A stretch of DNA of 64,000 nucleotides from Gammaproteobacteria bacterium (GCA_965209035.1 OZ242372.1:192001-256000), one strand, 5' to 3'; shown: positions 10,041 through 20,337, numbered from the stretch's first letter. Notes: generated by a model from the sequence alone, not told the origin. Translations and numbers: made by a program.

Positions 10041-11684
10041 CTAAAAACGATATGCGATAACAAAACGCAGGTTTGAGAGGAAGAAGGTAGTCCGTTCCAC
10101 TTCCGTATTCGCATCATCTTCTTCGCTTATCGCCTCATCGGCAAGTTCCGTATCATTGATATATTCAAGGGCATCCAAAGATACCGACGCAGTTAACCCG
10201 AAGTTACTTCGGTATTGGTAATACAAACTTGTTCCCCGGGCAAAACCTACTCCTCCCAAAGCCCAGCCAACCCGATGCCGCAGTTGCTCGCCCACATTGC
10301 CCCCAATATGCAACGCGGGAGCACAGTCAAGGATGAAGTTATTGTTGTCTTCCTCAGTGGCTGCCGCATAGAGTTCATAGCCGCGATAATTCTTTTCATC
10401 AAAAAAAGAAACCCCACAAAAATAATTAAAATTAACAATCAGTTTGTCCGAGTAATAATCAAAACCGGCGCTATAGATATCTTGTATCCTTTCCAAATAT
10501 GCTTTACCGTCATTCTCATTGGCAACCCAGTTCAGATAGTCAATGGTTTGTGAATAAAATTGATTCACTCCGAATGAGAAAGGTCTCCCGGCATCTTCTC
10601 TCTCAAATACCTCAAAATCATTCAAGGAAAATGTCCGCAACCATTCAAATTTAAGGGAATATCTCTTGATCGGAACCGAAAGTTCAAACCCGTATGCTCT
10701 CACCGGGCTAAAAGTTGGCTCCGGTTCGGCGACAGGCAATCGTTCATCGGTATTAATACTCCGAAGACAACCCTCAATGGTTGCTCTCACCGCTCCGCCG
10801 CGACACACATAACCGCCGTCGCGACGCAACAGTTCAAACTGCGAGATAGGAAAACCATAGCCCTCGTAATAGGTGAGACCGGCGATCAGCCGGGAACCCA
10901 CATATAAAACACGCACTGCTTGTTGTGAAGAATCTTTCGGTGCGGAGAATCTTGCAGTTTGGTCTTCGTTGTGTTCGTTTGCATATTCCACATTGCCACT
11001 AAATTCACCCAACAATTGATCGACCAGCAGTTGCGGAAAATAATAATAATGAATTTCCAGACCGCCCGGTATAAAAAATTGAGCGGATGCAACATACTGC
11101 GGCAGGCGATTATCTACCTTGCTGTAACTGAGTGTTGTGCCGCTAAAGTCTATGGGCAGCACCAGATCTACGGGCGAAAAGAGATCAAACTGACCGAACA
11201 CCACCCGTTTGCGGCCCAGAGAAAACAGGGCATAATTCGCATCCAAGTCCACATAGCCTTCCAGTAGTTCCACATTGTCCGCTGTCACTGTGCGACTAAA
11301 TGTGTTTCTTTCACGAGTATTGAGATTCTCGGATTCCAAACTAAACTTGACCGCGGAACGATAGGCGCGGCCTTCCATGGCAACCTTACCCCAACTCCAA
11401 TCCTCGTCATAACGCAGCCTGGCTTGGGTACTCGCGCGTGTGTTATCCTCATTAAGGACACCGCTATAGGTCGCAAACAAAAGACCGCTAAAATGACGCT
11501 GCCAATAATCCGCTGTGCCGGGGCTGCCGGGACCGTCTGTATCCGTTGAAAGATCCGTGTCGTCCTCTTCTTCTATGATGACCGGAGGATTCTCAATAAC
11601 GGTTGCATTCTCAGCGGCAAGAGCTAAAACAGAGAACAGGCACAGTCCGCATAGTCCACAAAAGATGAGGCATTTTAGTTTCAC
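10041..11684 (-). CDS. Outer-membrane beta-barrel protein (DUF1302-like, ~547 aa)
   Basis: Sec signal from the GTG at 11684. Motif ELLEGYVD...LGRKRVVFGQFDLFSPVDLVLPIDF, amphipathic strands, and terminal ...FVIAYRF BAM signal. Confidence 0.75.
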   Translation of the reverse strand: MKLKCLIFCGLCGLCLFSVLALAAENATVIENPPVIIEEEDDTDLSTDTDGPGSPGTADYWQRHFSGLLFATYSGVLNEDNTRASTQARLRYDEDWSWGKVAMEGRAYRSAVKFSLESENLNTRERNTFSRTVTADNVELLEGYVDLDANYALFSLGRKRVVFGQFDLFSPVDLVLPIDFSGTTLSYSKVDNRLPQYVASAQFFIPGGLEIHYYYFPQLLVDQLLGEFSGNVEYANEHNEDQTARFSAPKDSSQQAVRVLYVGSRLIAGLTYYEGYGFPISQFELLRRDGGYVCRGGAVRATIEGCLRSINTDERLPVAEPEPTFSPVRAYGFELSVPIKRYSLKFEWLRTFSLNDFEVFEREDAGRPFSFGVNQFYSQTIDYLNWVANENDGKAYLERIQDIYSAGFDYYSDKLIVNFNYFCGVSFFDEKNYRGYELYAAATEEDNNNFILDCAPALHIGGNVGEQLRHRVGWALGGVGFARGTSLYYQYRSNFGLTASVSLDALEYINDTELADEAISEEDDANTEVERTTFFLSNLRFVIAYRF

Positions 11685-11719
11685 GAACCGCCCGGATCGA
11701 GATTCGGCAGACCTATGAG
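11091..11719. repeat. Direct repeat, copy 2 (identical to 1..629)
   Basis: Exact match to the start of the window. Confidence 0.95.
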
Positions 11720-11735
11720 CACAGACTGCCACAGA

Positions 11736-14700
11736 TTACCGGGGAGGGGGAGAAGGATTACCGGAACGACCATCACTGCCCGCTGAACCGGTACTGCCGG
11801 TCCTTCCATCATTGTGCCCACAAGCCCCTTCGCCTTTTCTACCACCGCCACCGCCCGTACCACCATCACCGCCATAACCGCCAACACCTCTTGCAACTAT
11901 CCCGTATGCGGCAGAATCTGTGATGGAACCTCTGCGAGAACCGATACCATGGACGGCGACAAGCCCGTCCGCACTTCCGGCATTGCCACCGCTGCCACCG
12001 CTGCCACCATTACCGCCATTGCCGCCATTGCCGGCATTCCGACTACAATTAGCACTTCTTCCACTGTAACCATTACCTCCGTTGCCACCATCACCGCCAT
12101 TGCCACCGTTACCACTAGTCACAGTCCCAGTTGCCTTGGATTCCGCCATGATACGACCGGCATTAATAGCCACCAGGCCGCCGGCATCGCCTCCGTTTGT
12201 GCCGTCAGTACCGGCAGTGCCGGAGCTGCCACTTCTGCCATGCCTGTTACCGTGTTTTCTACCAGCACCGTTTGCCCCATTCCTTCCGGGTGTACCGGGT
12301 CTACCAACAACACCTCGCACTCTTCCGGTAGCATAGGACCTCTCTATGGTGCCACCACTATCATTGCAACCGACCAGACCGCCCGCGGAAGAACCATAAT
12401 ATGAACCCGGCATCACATCACTCGCGGAATAGGAATCGCTAATCGTTCCTCGGTTGACCGCCACTAGGCCGCCGTAGGTGCCGACACCGGTTGAACAAGG
12501 ATTACTGGCCGCATTGGCATAGACCCCCGCACCTTGTTTTGTATAAGAATTTTCAATCCGTCCCTCATTAAGTTTTGCCAATCCTTTACCACCGACGATA
12601 CCAAGGTCGGCAACTATTGCACTGCCTCCGATTGTATTAAACAACGGCACGGACAACCCGCTAATCTTTTTCCCGTTGCCATAAAACTTGCCTTGAAAAC
12701 GAGCAATACTTGAAAAGGCTGAACCGGTATATCTTAAATCCGCATTGAGGATATAAATTCCCGACATATCGTTGGCGACAGATCTCAGATCACGAGAATT
12801 ACGAATATGAATGCTATCCGAATCACACAGATCGCCATCCCCATCATCATCCGCATCCTCTTGACGAGGATTGCGAACAGCCGGACAATTATCCGTTACC
12901 CGCTTTGGTGCTGTGCAAGCATAATCTATGCAAAAAGCGTAGTAAGCATCAGCAATGTTATGTGTTACAGATTCGGATATCTCCCGAGTTGTAGCCAAAG
13001 GCGAAGAGCGTAAATTGTGTGTGGCTAACAGCCTATCAATGGCAGGATCAATACGACTATCCGCGGATTGATAAAGTGTAACAGATACACCCTCACAGAG
13101 AAGATCGCAAACAAGATCCACACTTATTTCAAATACCTGATTTGTGTCCACTAAAGAATCTCTGCCATCCCAATTGGAAAAGACCGGACTTGGAAGGGGC
13201 GGATGCGGAACTTCTATGTTCCGTTGAGGTTCAAGCCCACCCGGTGCACAGTGCAAAGCGGGATATTGATCCCGGTTGCCCGGATTCCACAAACGCACGA
13301 AACCGGCGGCCGGCTGTGCCGAACTTTCTCTGCTCTCGTTTGTACTTGGATTGCACCAAAAATCAGCCCAGTTTGAATAAATGTTATCGGAAAAATCGGT
13401 CGGGGATCGGAGTTCCAGTGTGGTCCAACCCGAACCCTTATTACCGTAACTGCTCGCTTGACCGGTTGTCTCCCAGTTCCAATAGGAATCCGTAACGACA
13501 GTGTCGTCATTACCGCCACCAAGCAAACCGCCTACGGATGCATCACCGGATACGGTGCCTGTTGCCGCATACGAACGTTTCATGATAGCACCTCCGCCAT
13601 ATCCGACCAGACCACCAACCCTGGAATTTCCGGCGACATTGCCACCGACTGTATATGCATCCTTAATGGTGGCACTCCCGCCATACCCAATCAAACCGCC
13701 GACATCATTATCTCCGGAAACATTGCCGCCGGCCACATACGAACGGTCAATCTCAGATCTCCAGCCACTTCCAACCAAACCACCCACTCTGACATTTCCG
13801 GTGACATTGCCACCAACCATATGCGAATTATCAATCTCAAAATATGTGCCATATCCGAGCAAACCGCCGACTCTGAAATTTCCGGCGACTGCACTACCTT
13901 CCACATACGAATGGTAAACCTCAGAATTTCTGCCGGTTCCAACCAGCCCGCCTACTTCGTTGTTTCCAAAAACATTGCTACCGGCCACATACGAATATCT
14001 AAGGGTGGCTTCCCTGCCATCCCCAACCAGACCGCCAACATAGTTTATTCCCAAGACATCGCTGTCGAGTGCATACGAATGACTAATAGCAGCACCCAAG
14101 CCATATCCAACCAGACCGCCAACGATGAGATTCCCTGAGACCTCACCGCCAACCACATACGAATAATCAATCGCGGCATTAAGACCGGAACCAACCAGAC
14201 CACCGATGCTGCCCTCGCCGGAAACAGCACTATCTTTGGCAACTGTCCAAACCAAGGCGGCTGAATTAACATCTCCTCCCAGAGCACCGACAGAATCAGC
14301 CACCCGGCTCCTCACTGTCCCCGAAACCAAAATATTCTCAAAACGCGCATGGTGACCATTGCCCGCCAGCAAGCCCACATCATATGCACCGCCACTGACA
14401 TTCGCTGACAACAGACGCAGATTGCGCACCTCACCGCTCAACGCAGAAAATAAACCAACACCATAGACGCTGTCATCCACTGCAATCAACAGATTGGAAA
14501 TGGTGTGATCATTTCCCTCAAACACTCCGGTCCAGGCATTGCATATATCATTTGCACTACAAGAACCAATCGGCCCCCAACCGCTATCACTTGTCCAAAT
14601 ACTCCTGTTACCACTATCCGGTTCATAAGAAGCGGCATCGCTAAAATTGAGCGAACGCATTAACTCATAGCCAATACAACCCCCGACAGGACAGCCTCTG

Positions 14701-17700
14701 TTACTCACTACCGTAATATCACCCATATTACCGTCATCCAGACCATCGCCATTCAGATCATCGCGCAGCAGAGCCAGGGCATCCAGCGTGTGAATCTCTA
14801 TCAAACCATTGTTATCATCGTCCGCATCCGCAGCATCTTCAACGCCGTCATTGTCGTCGTCCATGTCCTCATCGCTGTCATCGCGGCAGCCATCACCATC
14901 ATTGTCTGTCGTCGGACCCGAACGCCAACCTAATTCCCCGATAAGACAATTATCGGAAAGATCCGCGACCCCGTCATTGTCATCATCCAAATCCTCATCA
15001 CGATCCCGACAGCCGTCACCGTCACGATCCGTCGTTGGACCCGAATGCCAATCGGTTACACCGCGCGGACATGCATCCAACCGGGTCGTCCCGCCAGCCT
15101 CAAAATCAGCCACACCATCATTGTCATCGTCCGTGTCCTCATCGCTGTCACGGCAACCGTCACCATCATGATCCGTCGCCGGACCCGAATGCCAATCGGT
15201 TACTCCGCGCGGACATGCATCCGCAAAGTCAGCCACTCCGTCATTGTCATCGTCCAAATCCTCATCACGATCCCGACAACCGTCACCGTCACGGTCCGTC
15301 GTCGGACCCGAACGCCAATCGGTTACTCCGCGCGGACATGCATCCGCAAAGTCAGCCACTCCGTCATTGTCATCGTCCAAATCCTCATCACGATCCCGAC
15401 AACCGTCACCGTCACGATCCGTCGTTGAATTCGAGTGCCAACCGGTTACTCCGCGCGGACAGGCATCCAACCGGGTTGTCCCATCCGTATCAAAGTAATC
15501 CACTCCGTCATTGTCATCCTCGGTCATACAGGTGAGTTGCGGATAGTCACCGGAACCGCCCAGATCCCAGGCACGAACGAACCCGGCAGCCGGCTGTGCC
15601 GAACTTTCTATCACCTCACCACTGCCGGGCCTGCACCAAAAATTAGCCCAATTTGAATAAATGTTATCGGAAAAATCGGTCGGAGACTGCAGTTCCTGTG
15701 TGGTCCGACCCGAACCCGGGGCACGAAAACTGTTCGCTTGACCGGTTGTTTCCCGGTTCCAATAGGAATCCGTAACGACAGTGTCGTCATTACCGAAACC
15801 GAGTAAGCCACCTACGCTTATGTCGTCCGAGTCTCCGGATATGAATACGGGACCACCGGACGCATATGAATAACTAATCCGAGATCCTTGATTATTTCCA
15901 ACCAGACCGCCAACAATCCTATTTGCGGATATGGCACCACCGAACGCATACGCATGGCTAATCACGGAAAAACTGCCTTCTCCTACCAAACCACCGACAA
16001 CACCGGTTCCTTTACCTGATACGGAACCAACGGATACATATGAAAAGTTAATCTGTGCAAGCGGACTGTATCCGACCAAGCCACCAACATAACCCCTTCC
16101 GGATACGGTGCCACCGGACGCATACGAATATTTAATCACCGCATTTTGAGCCGAGCCAACCAGACCGCCGACATTCAACTTTCCGACTACCTCACTGTTT
16201 TCGACAACTATCCGAACCAAAGTAGCGGATGTGGCATCGCCCGCCAACAAGCCCACATTATTTGCACCACCTGTGACATAGGCAGACAGCAGACGCAGGT
16301 TACGCACTGTGCCTCTCAGCGCAGCAAACAGACCAACATCACCGATGCCATCCTCCGCTGAAATGAACAGATTGGAAATAGTATGAGCATTGCCTTCAAA
16401 AACTCCAGTCCAAGAACCAATCGGCTGCCAACCGTTACCACTTGTCCAAATACGCAGATTAGCACTGCCAGGCTCATAAGAATTCGCATCGCTAAAATTG
16501 AGCGAACGCATTAACTCATAGCCAATACAACCCCCGGCCGGGCAACCACTGTTACCCGATGCTGTAATATCATCAATATTGCCGTCATCTATGCCATCGC
16601 CGTTCAAATCATCGCGTAGCAGAGCCAGTGCATCCAATGTGCGGACTTCTATCAGACCGTTATTATTACCGTCCACATCCGCCAGATCTTCAACGCCGTC
16701 ATTGTCATCGTCCGGATCCTCGTCACTATCCCGACAACCATCACCGTCATGATCCGTCGTTGAATCCGAATGCCAACCGGTTACCCCGCGCGGACAAGCA
16801 TCCGCAAAGTCAGCCACATTGTCATTGTCATCGTCATCATCACAGGCATCGCCAAACTTATCCTCGTCATTGTTAGCCTGATCCCGATTGGCAACTGTCT
16901 GACAGTTGTCCTTCGGTGTCGTCCCGTCCGCCTCAAAATCATCCACACCATCATTGTCATCATCCAAATCCTCGTCACGATCGCGGCAGCCATCACCGTC
17001 ATTGTCCGTTGTCGCATCCGAACGCCAGCCGGTTACCCCAAGCGGGCAATCATCCAGGCGAGTGATCCCGTCCGCGGCAAAGTAGTCCACGCCGTCATTG
17101 TCATCCGCGATCGTACAAGTGAGTCTTGGATATTCATTAGAGCGACCCAGATCCCACACACGCATGAAACCCTCTGCCGGCTGTGTCCGATTTTGCCGCA
17201 CATCAGCACTGCCGGGTTTACACCAAAAATCAGCCCAGCCCGAATAGACATCATGGATGTTCCCGGAAAAATTGGTCGGAGATTGGAGTTCATGCGTGGT
17301 CCGGCCCAAGCCAAGACCCTCGGCACTGTGCTCCTGCCCGGTACTTTCCTTGTCCCAGTAGGAGGCGATAACGACAGTTGCATTATTACTGTAACCGAGC
17401 AATCCGCCTGTAAGGAAAACACCGGATACAACTCCTCCGCCCACATAAGTATACTCAATCTCAGCACCCATAGTATGCCCCACCAGACCGCCAACACGAC
17501 CGCCTCTTCCGCCCATGGCCACACCACCGAACACATAAGCATGCCGAATCCTCGCATTCGTACCTTCTCCAACCAGACCACCGACAATGTGACTGCGCCC
17601 CGAAGCAGTGACATCGGACGCATAAGAATAACTAATCCGGCTGTTCTTACCATCGCCAACCAGACCACCGACAATGTGACTGCGCCCCGAAGCAGTGACA

Positions 17701-19211
17701 TCGGACGCATAAGAATAACTAATCCGGCTGTTCTTACCATCGCCAACCAGACCGCCAATATGATCCCCACCCGAAATAGTACTACCGGATGCATGCGAAT
17801 GGCTAATATTGGTATTCAGACCATCGCCAACCAAACCACCGACATGAGAATTCCCGGAGACAGCGACATTCTCCGCAACGATCCGAACCAACATAGCAAA
17901 CGACACATCACCGCCAAGAGCTCCAACCGCAGTGGCTCTCGGGCCACCATTCACTGTCCCCGATACCGTAATATTTTCAAAAATCGCATTGCGGCCATAA
18001 CCGACCAGAAGCCCCAGATCACTGCGACCACCACTGACTCTCGCGGACAACAGATCCAGATTACGCACTGTGCCGGTCATCGCAGCAAACAAACCAACAC
18101 CGTTGATCCGATCATCCGCCAAAATGAACAAATCGGAAATGCTGTGATGATTGCCTTCAAAGGTCCCATTCCAGGCTTGGCAATCCCCCCTAGCACCGCA
18201 AGAACCAATCGACTGCCAACCGCTGCCATCGGTCCAAGCATCCCTATTCGCACTGCCATTGGCATAAGAATGGACATCGCTAAAATTGAGCGAACGCATT
18301 AACTCATAGCCGATGCAACCTCTGTCCGGACAGCCATCGGCACCGGGTGCGCTAATCTGATGAATATTGCCGTCGTCTGTGCCGTCGCCATTTAAATCAT
18401 CGCGCAGCCATGCCAACTCGTCCGGCGTCCGGATTTCTATCAAACCATCACCGTCATCATCCACATCCGCTGCATCGTCAAAACTGTCGTTGTCGTCGTT
18501 ATCATCCTCTGTCAGCTCCGTATCACAACCCGGCACCAGACTATCCGGCTCTTTATCCCCATCGCTGTCTGTGCTCGCACAAGCATCCGTCCCAAACGCA
18601 TCCTCCGCATCCGGCACACCGTCATTGTCATCGTCCGCATCCAGACTATCCGGCTCCGCATCACCGTCCGCATTCGGACCCGCAGTACTCCTTAAACTCT
18701 CGGACGCCGACGCACTGCCGTCCGCATAGAGGATCATCAAACGCACGGTATAGCCGCCATCGTTTGCCAAGCCCGTAATTTGGTAGTGCATTGCCGCCAA
18801 AGGAGACACAATGACACCCGCTTCACCCGCCATGAGTATCACCGTTCCGGTATCGGCCAAATCTGCCACATCTGCCACATTGTCCCAAGCAATATGGAAC
18901 CCGGTAATGTCCGTGCGATTCGGATTGATCCAACTCAGTTCTAAGACCGTATCGGCCGGCACACTCTTGAAATTGGAAGCAGCCGGGGCCGAAGCGGTAT
19001 GCACTTGTTCATTTACATTAAAGCCATCAGGACCATTCCATCCTTTAGAGCTGTTGCCGTTGCCGCCGCCACATGCGGCTAAAAACAAAGCCAAGAAGCC
19101 GCTCATCCATAAAACGGGGAAAAAAGATTTCAAGTAAAAACTCCGGCAAGGAGTAAGATATTTGCCGGCGAACATGCGGGCAATTTTATAATTATTAATT
19201 TTAGATTTCAT
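11736..19211 (-). CDS. Giant surface lipoprotein A (2491 aa): FN3, TSP3-like repeats, three full GLUG modules plus a short one, Gly-rich/collagen-like tail
   Basis: AGAGGTG SD; lipobox LAAC-GGG; FN3 motif LELSW...YQITGLAND..YTV; DNCP..N..Q.D.D.DG.GD.CD TSP3 motifs; many VGGLVG repeats; GNGGNGG tail. Confidence 0.88.
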   Translation of the reverse strand: MKSKINNYKIARMFAGKYLTPCRSFYLKSFFPVLWMSGFLALFLAACGGGNGNSSKGWNGPDGFNVNEQVHTASAPAASNFKSVPADTVLELSWINPNRTDITGFHIAWDNVADVADLADTGTVILMAGEAGVIVSPLAAMHYQITGLANDGGYTVRLMILYADGSASASESLRSTAGPNADGDAEPDSLDADDDNDGVPDAEDAFGTDACASTDSDGDKEPDSLVPGCDTELTEDDNDDNDSFDDAADVDDDGDGLIEIRTPDELAWLRDDLNGDGTDDGNIHQISAPGADGCPDRGCIGYELMRSLNFSDVHSYANGSANRDAWTDGSGWQSIGSCGARGDCQAWNGTFEGNHHSISDLFILADDRINGVGLFAAMTGTVRNLDLLSARVSGGRSDLGLLVGYGRNAIFENITVSGTVNGGPRATAVGALGGDVSFAMLVRIVAENVAVSGNSHVGGLVGDGLNTNISHSHASGSTISGGDHIGGLVGDGKNSRISYSYASDVTASGRSHIVGGLVGDGKNSRISYSYASDVTASGRSHIVGGLVGEGTNARIRHAYVFGGVAMGGRGGRVGGLVGHTMGAEIEYTYVGGGVVSGVFLTGGLLGYSNNATVVIASYWDKESTGQEHSAEGLGLGRTTHELQSPTNFSGNIHDVYSGWADFWCKPGSADVRQNRTQPAEGFMRVWDLGRSNEYPRLTCTIADDNDGVDYFAADGITRLDDCPLGVTGWRSDATTDNDGDGCRDRDEDLDDDNDGVDDFEADGTTPKDNCQTVANRDQANNDEDKFGDACDDDDDNDNVADFADACPRGVTGWHSDSTTDHDGDGCRDSDEDPDDDNDGVEDLADVDGNNNGLIEVRTLDALALLRDDLNGDGIDDGNIDDITASGNSGCPAGGCIGYELMRSLNFSDANSYEPGSANLRIWTSGNGWQPIGSWTGVFEGNAHTISNLFISAEDGIGDVGLFAALRGTVRNLRLLSAYVTGGANNVGLLAGDATSATLVRIVVENSEVVGKLNVGGLVGSAQNAVIKYSYASGGTVSGRGYVGGLVGYSPLAQINFSYVSVGSVSGKGTGVVGGLVGEGSFSVISHAYAFGGAISANRIVGGLVGNNQGSRISYSYASGGPVFISGDSDDISVGGLLGFGNDDTVVTDSYWNRETTGQANSFRAPGSGRTTQELQSPTDFSDNIYSNWANFWCRPGSGEVIESSAQPAAGFVRAWDLGGSGDYPQLTCMTEDDNDGVDYFDTDGTTRLDACPRGVTGWHSNSTTDRDGDGCRDRDEDLDDDNDGVADFADACPRGVTDWRSGPTTDRDGDGCRDRDEDLDDDNDGVADFADACPRGVTDWHSGPATDHDGDGCRDSDEDTDDDNDGVADFEAGGTTRLDACPRGVTDWHSGPTTDRDGDGCRDRDEDLDDDNDGVADLSDNCLIGELGWRSGPTTDNDGDGCRDDSDEDMDDDNDGVEDAADADDDNNGLIEIHTLDALALLRDDLNGDGLDDGNMGDITVVSNRGCPVGGCIGYELMRSLNFSDAASYEPDSGNRSIWTSDSGWGPIGSCSANDICNAWTGVFEGNDHTISNLLIAVDDSVYGVGLFSALSGEVRNLRLLSANVSGGAYDVGLLAGNGHHARFENILVSGTVRSRVADSVGALGGDVNSAALVWTVAKDSAVSGEGSIGGLVGSGLNAAIDYSYVVGGEVSGNLIVGGLVGYGLGAAISHSYALDSDVLGINYVGGLVGDGREATLRYSYVAGSNVFGNNEVGGLVGTGRNSEVYHSYVEGSAVAGNFRVGGLLGYGTYFEIDNSHMVGGNVTGNVRVGGLVGSGWRSEIDRSYVAGGNVSGDNDVGGLIGYGGSATIKDAYTVGGNVAGNSRVGGLVGYGGGAIMKRSYAATGTVSGDASVGGLLGGGNDDTVVTDSYWNWETTGQASSYGNKGSGWTTLELRSPTDFSDNIYSNWADFWCNPSTNESRESSAQPAAGFVRLWNPGNRDQYPALHCAPGGLEPQRNIEVPHPPLPSPVFSNWDGRDSLVDTNQVFEISVDLVCDLLCEGVSVTLYQSADSRIDPAIDRLLATHNLRSSPLATTREISESVTHNIADAYYAFCIDYACTAPKRVTDNCPAVRNPRQEDADDDGDGDLCDSDSIHIRNSRDLRSVANDMSGIYILNADLRYTGSAFSSIARFQGKFYGNGKKISGLSVPLFNTIGGSAIVADLGIVGGKGLAKLNEGRIENSYTKQGAGVYANAASNPCSTGVGTYGGLVAVNRGTISDSYSASDVMPGSYYGSSAGGLVGCNDSGGTIERSYATGRVRGVVGRPGTPGRNGANGAGRKHGNRHGRSGSSGTAGTDGTNGGDAGGLVAINAGRIMAESKATGTVTSGNGGNGGDGGNGGNGYSGRSANCSRNAGNGGNGGNGGSGGSGGNAGSADGLVAVHGIGSRRGSITDSAAYGIVARGVGGYGGDGGTGGGGGRKGEGACGHNDGRTGSTGSAGSDGRSGNPSPPPR
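14900..15470. repeat. Intragenic ~123-bp tandem repeats (41-aa TSP3-like unit)
   Basis: ggacccga recurs at 15181 and 15304 (123 bp apart). Unit DACPRGVTxWxSxxTTDRDGDGCRDRDEDLDDDNDGVADFA. Confidence 0.85.
17569..17742. repeat. Exact 87-bp tandem duplication (29-aa GLUG rung)
   Basis: VGGLVGDGKNSRISYSYASDVTASGRSHI occurs twice with identical DNA. Confidence 0.9.
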
Positions 19212-19587
19212 ATCATCACCTCTTTAAAAAATAATAGTTTATATCTATATATTATATATCTTTTTTATAAAAATGCCTCAATCCCGCCTATTTTAAAAAT
19301 TTATTGATTGTGACCCAAACCGGCACAGAACAGTGATTGCAGAACATCATAGAGGCATTTAAAAGAGGCACTTAAATAAAATTAATCCAAGGTGACAAGA
19401 GAATTCATTTGGTGTCAAAGACCCGGATGCGTTAGTCCGAGAGATGCCACGGATAGCGCACGGATAGCGACCAAACGATTCGCCGGATAAAAAGATTGCG
19501 AAGAAGAAATCCGCCGAGAAATGAAAATCGGTATAATAAAAAGACGCACAAAATGGAACCAAATACTTCAAAAATACTTCAAAATCT

Positions 19588-20337
19588 ATGCAACTGACAG
19601 AGTTTTATCAATTTCGTCCGGCAACCGAAGCGGCCGCACTAAAAGAGAATATACTGGAAATCGCCGAATTAAAATCATTAAAGGGCAGCATTCTTTTGGC
19701 CGACGAAGGGATTAATGCGGCCCTGTCAGGCCCCTCGCTCTTGTGCGAAAAAATATTCGGGCAAGTCTGTCATCTGGGCGGGTTTGATCGCCCGGTCGTC
19801 AATCGGACCCCGATTACAAAGCATCCGTTTAAGAGATTAAAAATTAAAATCAAGAAAGAAATCGTTACATTGCGTTCCCAAGCATCCGAAGTTGTGGCAA
19901 AGCAACCCGCCAAACAGGTTAAAAGATTAAGCCCGGCAGAATGGAATTGTCTCATAAAAAAAGAAAAGCCGATTTTGTTGGATGTCCGCAATGATTTTGA
20001 ATTTTCTATGGGCAGTTTTGTCGACTCGGTGAATCCGCGCACCGAGGCATTCGGTGAAATACTTGGATTCATCAAAAAACAATTACCGGCATTACAGTCC
20101 GGAAAACACAATTCGGATAAACTGGCGATCTTCTGCACCGGCGGCATCCGATGTGAAAAAGTAATTCCGTATCTGCAAGACAACAGCGAAACAGAACTTT
20201 ATCTTTTGGAAGGAGGTATTGTCAGATACTTAAAGGAGGTGACAGCGGACGAGAGTCTTTGGGAAGGCGAATGTTTTGTGTTTGACGATCGGATATCCGT
20301 TCGCCGACAAAAACAATCATCGGGAAAGCAATTTTGA
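19588..20337 (+). CDS. trhO: Rhodanese-related tRNA uridine(34) hydroxylase (TrhO/YceA family)
   Basis: GSILLADEGIN, PFKRLKIKIKKEIVT, LDVRNDFE, FCTGGIRCEK, WEGECFVFDDR. Confidence 0.85.
   Translation: MQLTEFYQFRPATEAAALKENILEIAELKSLKGSILLADEGINAALSGPSLLCEKIFGQVCHLGGFDRPVVNRTPITKHPFKRLKIKIKKEIVTLRSQASEVVAKQPAKQVKRLSPAEWNCLIKKEKPILLDVRNDFEFSMGSFVDSVNPRTEAFGEILGFIKKQLPALQSGKHNSDKLAIFCTGGIRCEKVIPYLQDNSETELYLLEGGIVRYLKEVTADESLWEGECFVFDDRISVRRQKQSSGKQF

Noticed and set aside
2330-18302. Long plus-strand ORFs (e.g. 16770..18302, 510 aa; 13458..14138)
   Set aside because: They are antisense shadows of repetitive, codon-biased giant genes, with no recognisable motifs.
19380-19500. 6S RNA or c-di-GMP riboswitch
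   Set aside because: I could not match the consensus motifs; kept only as a low-interest structured element.
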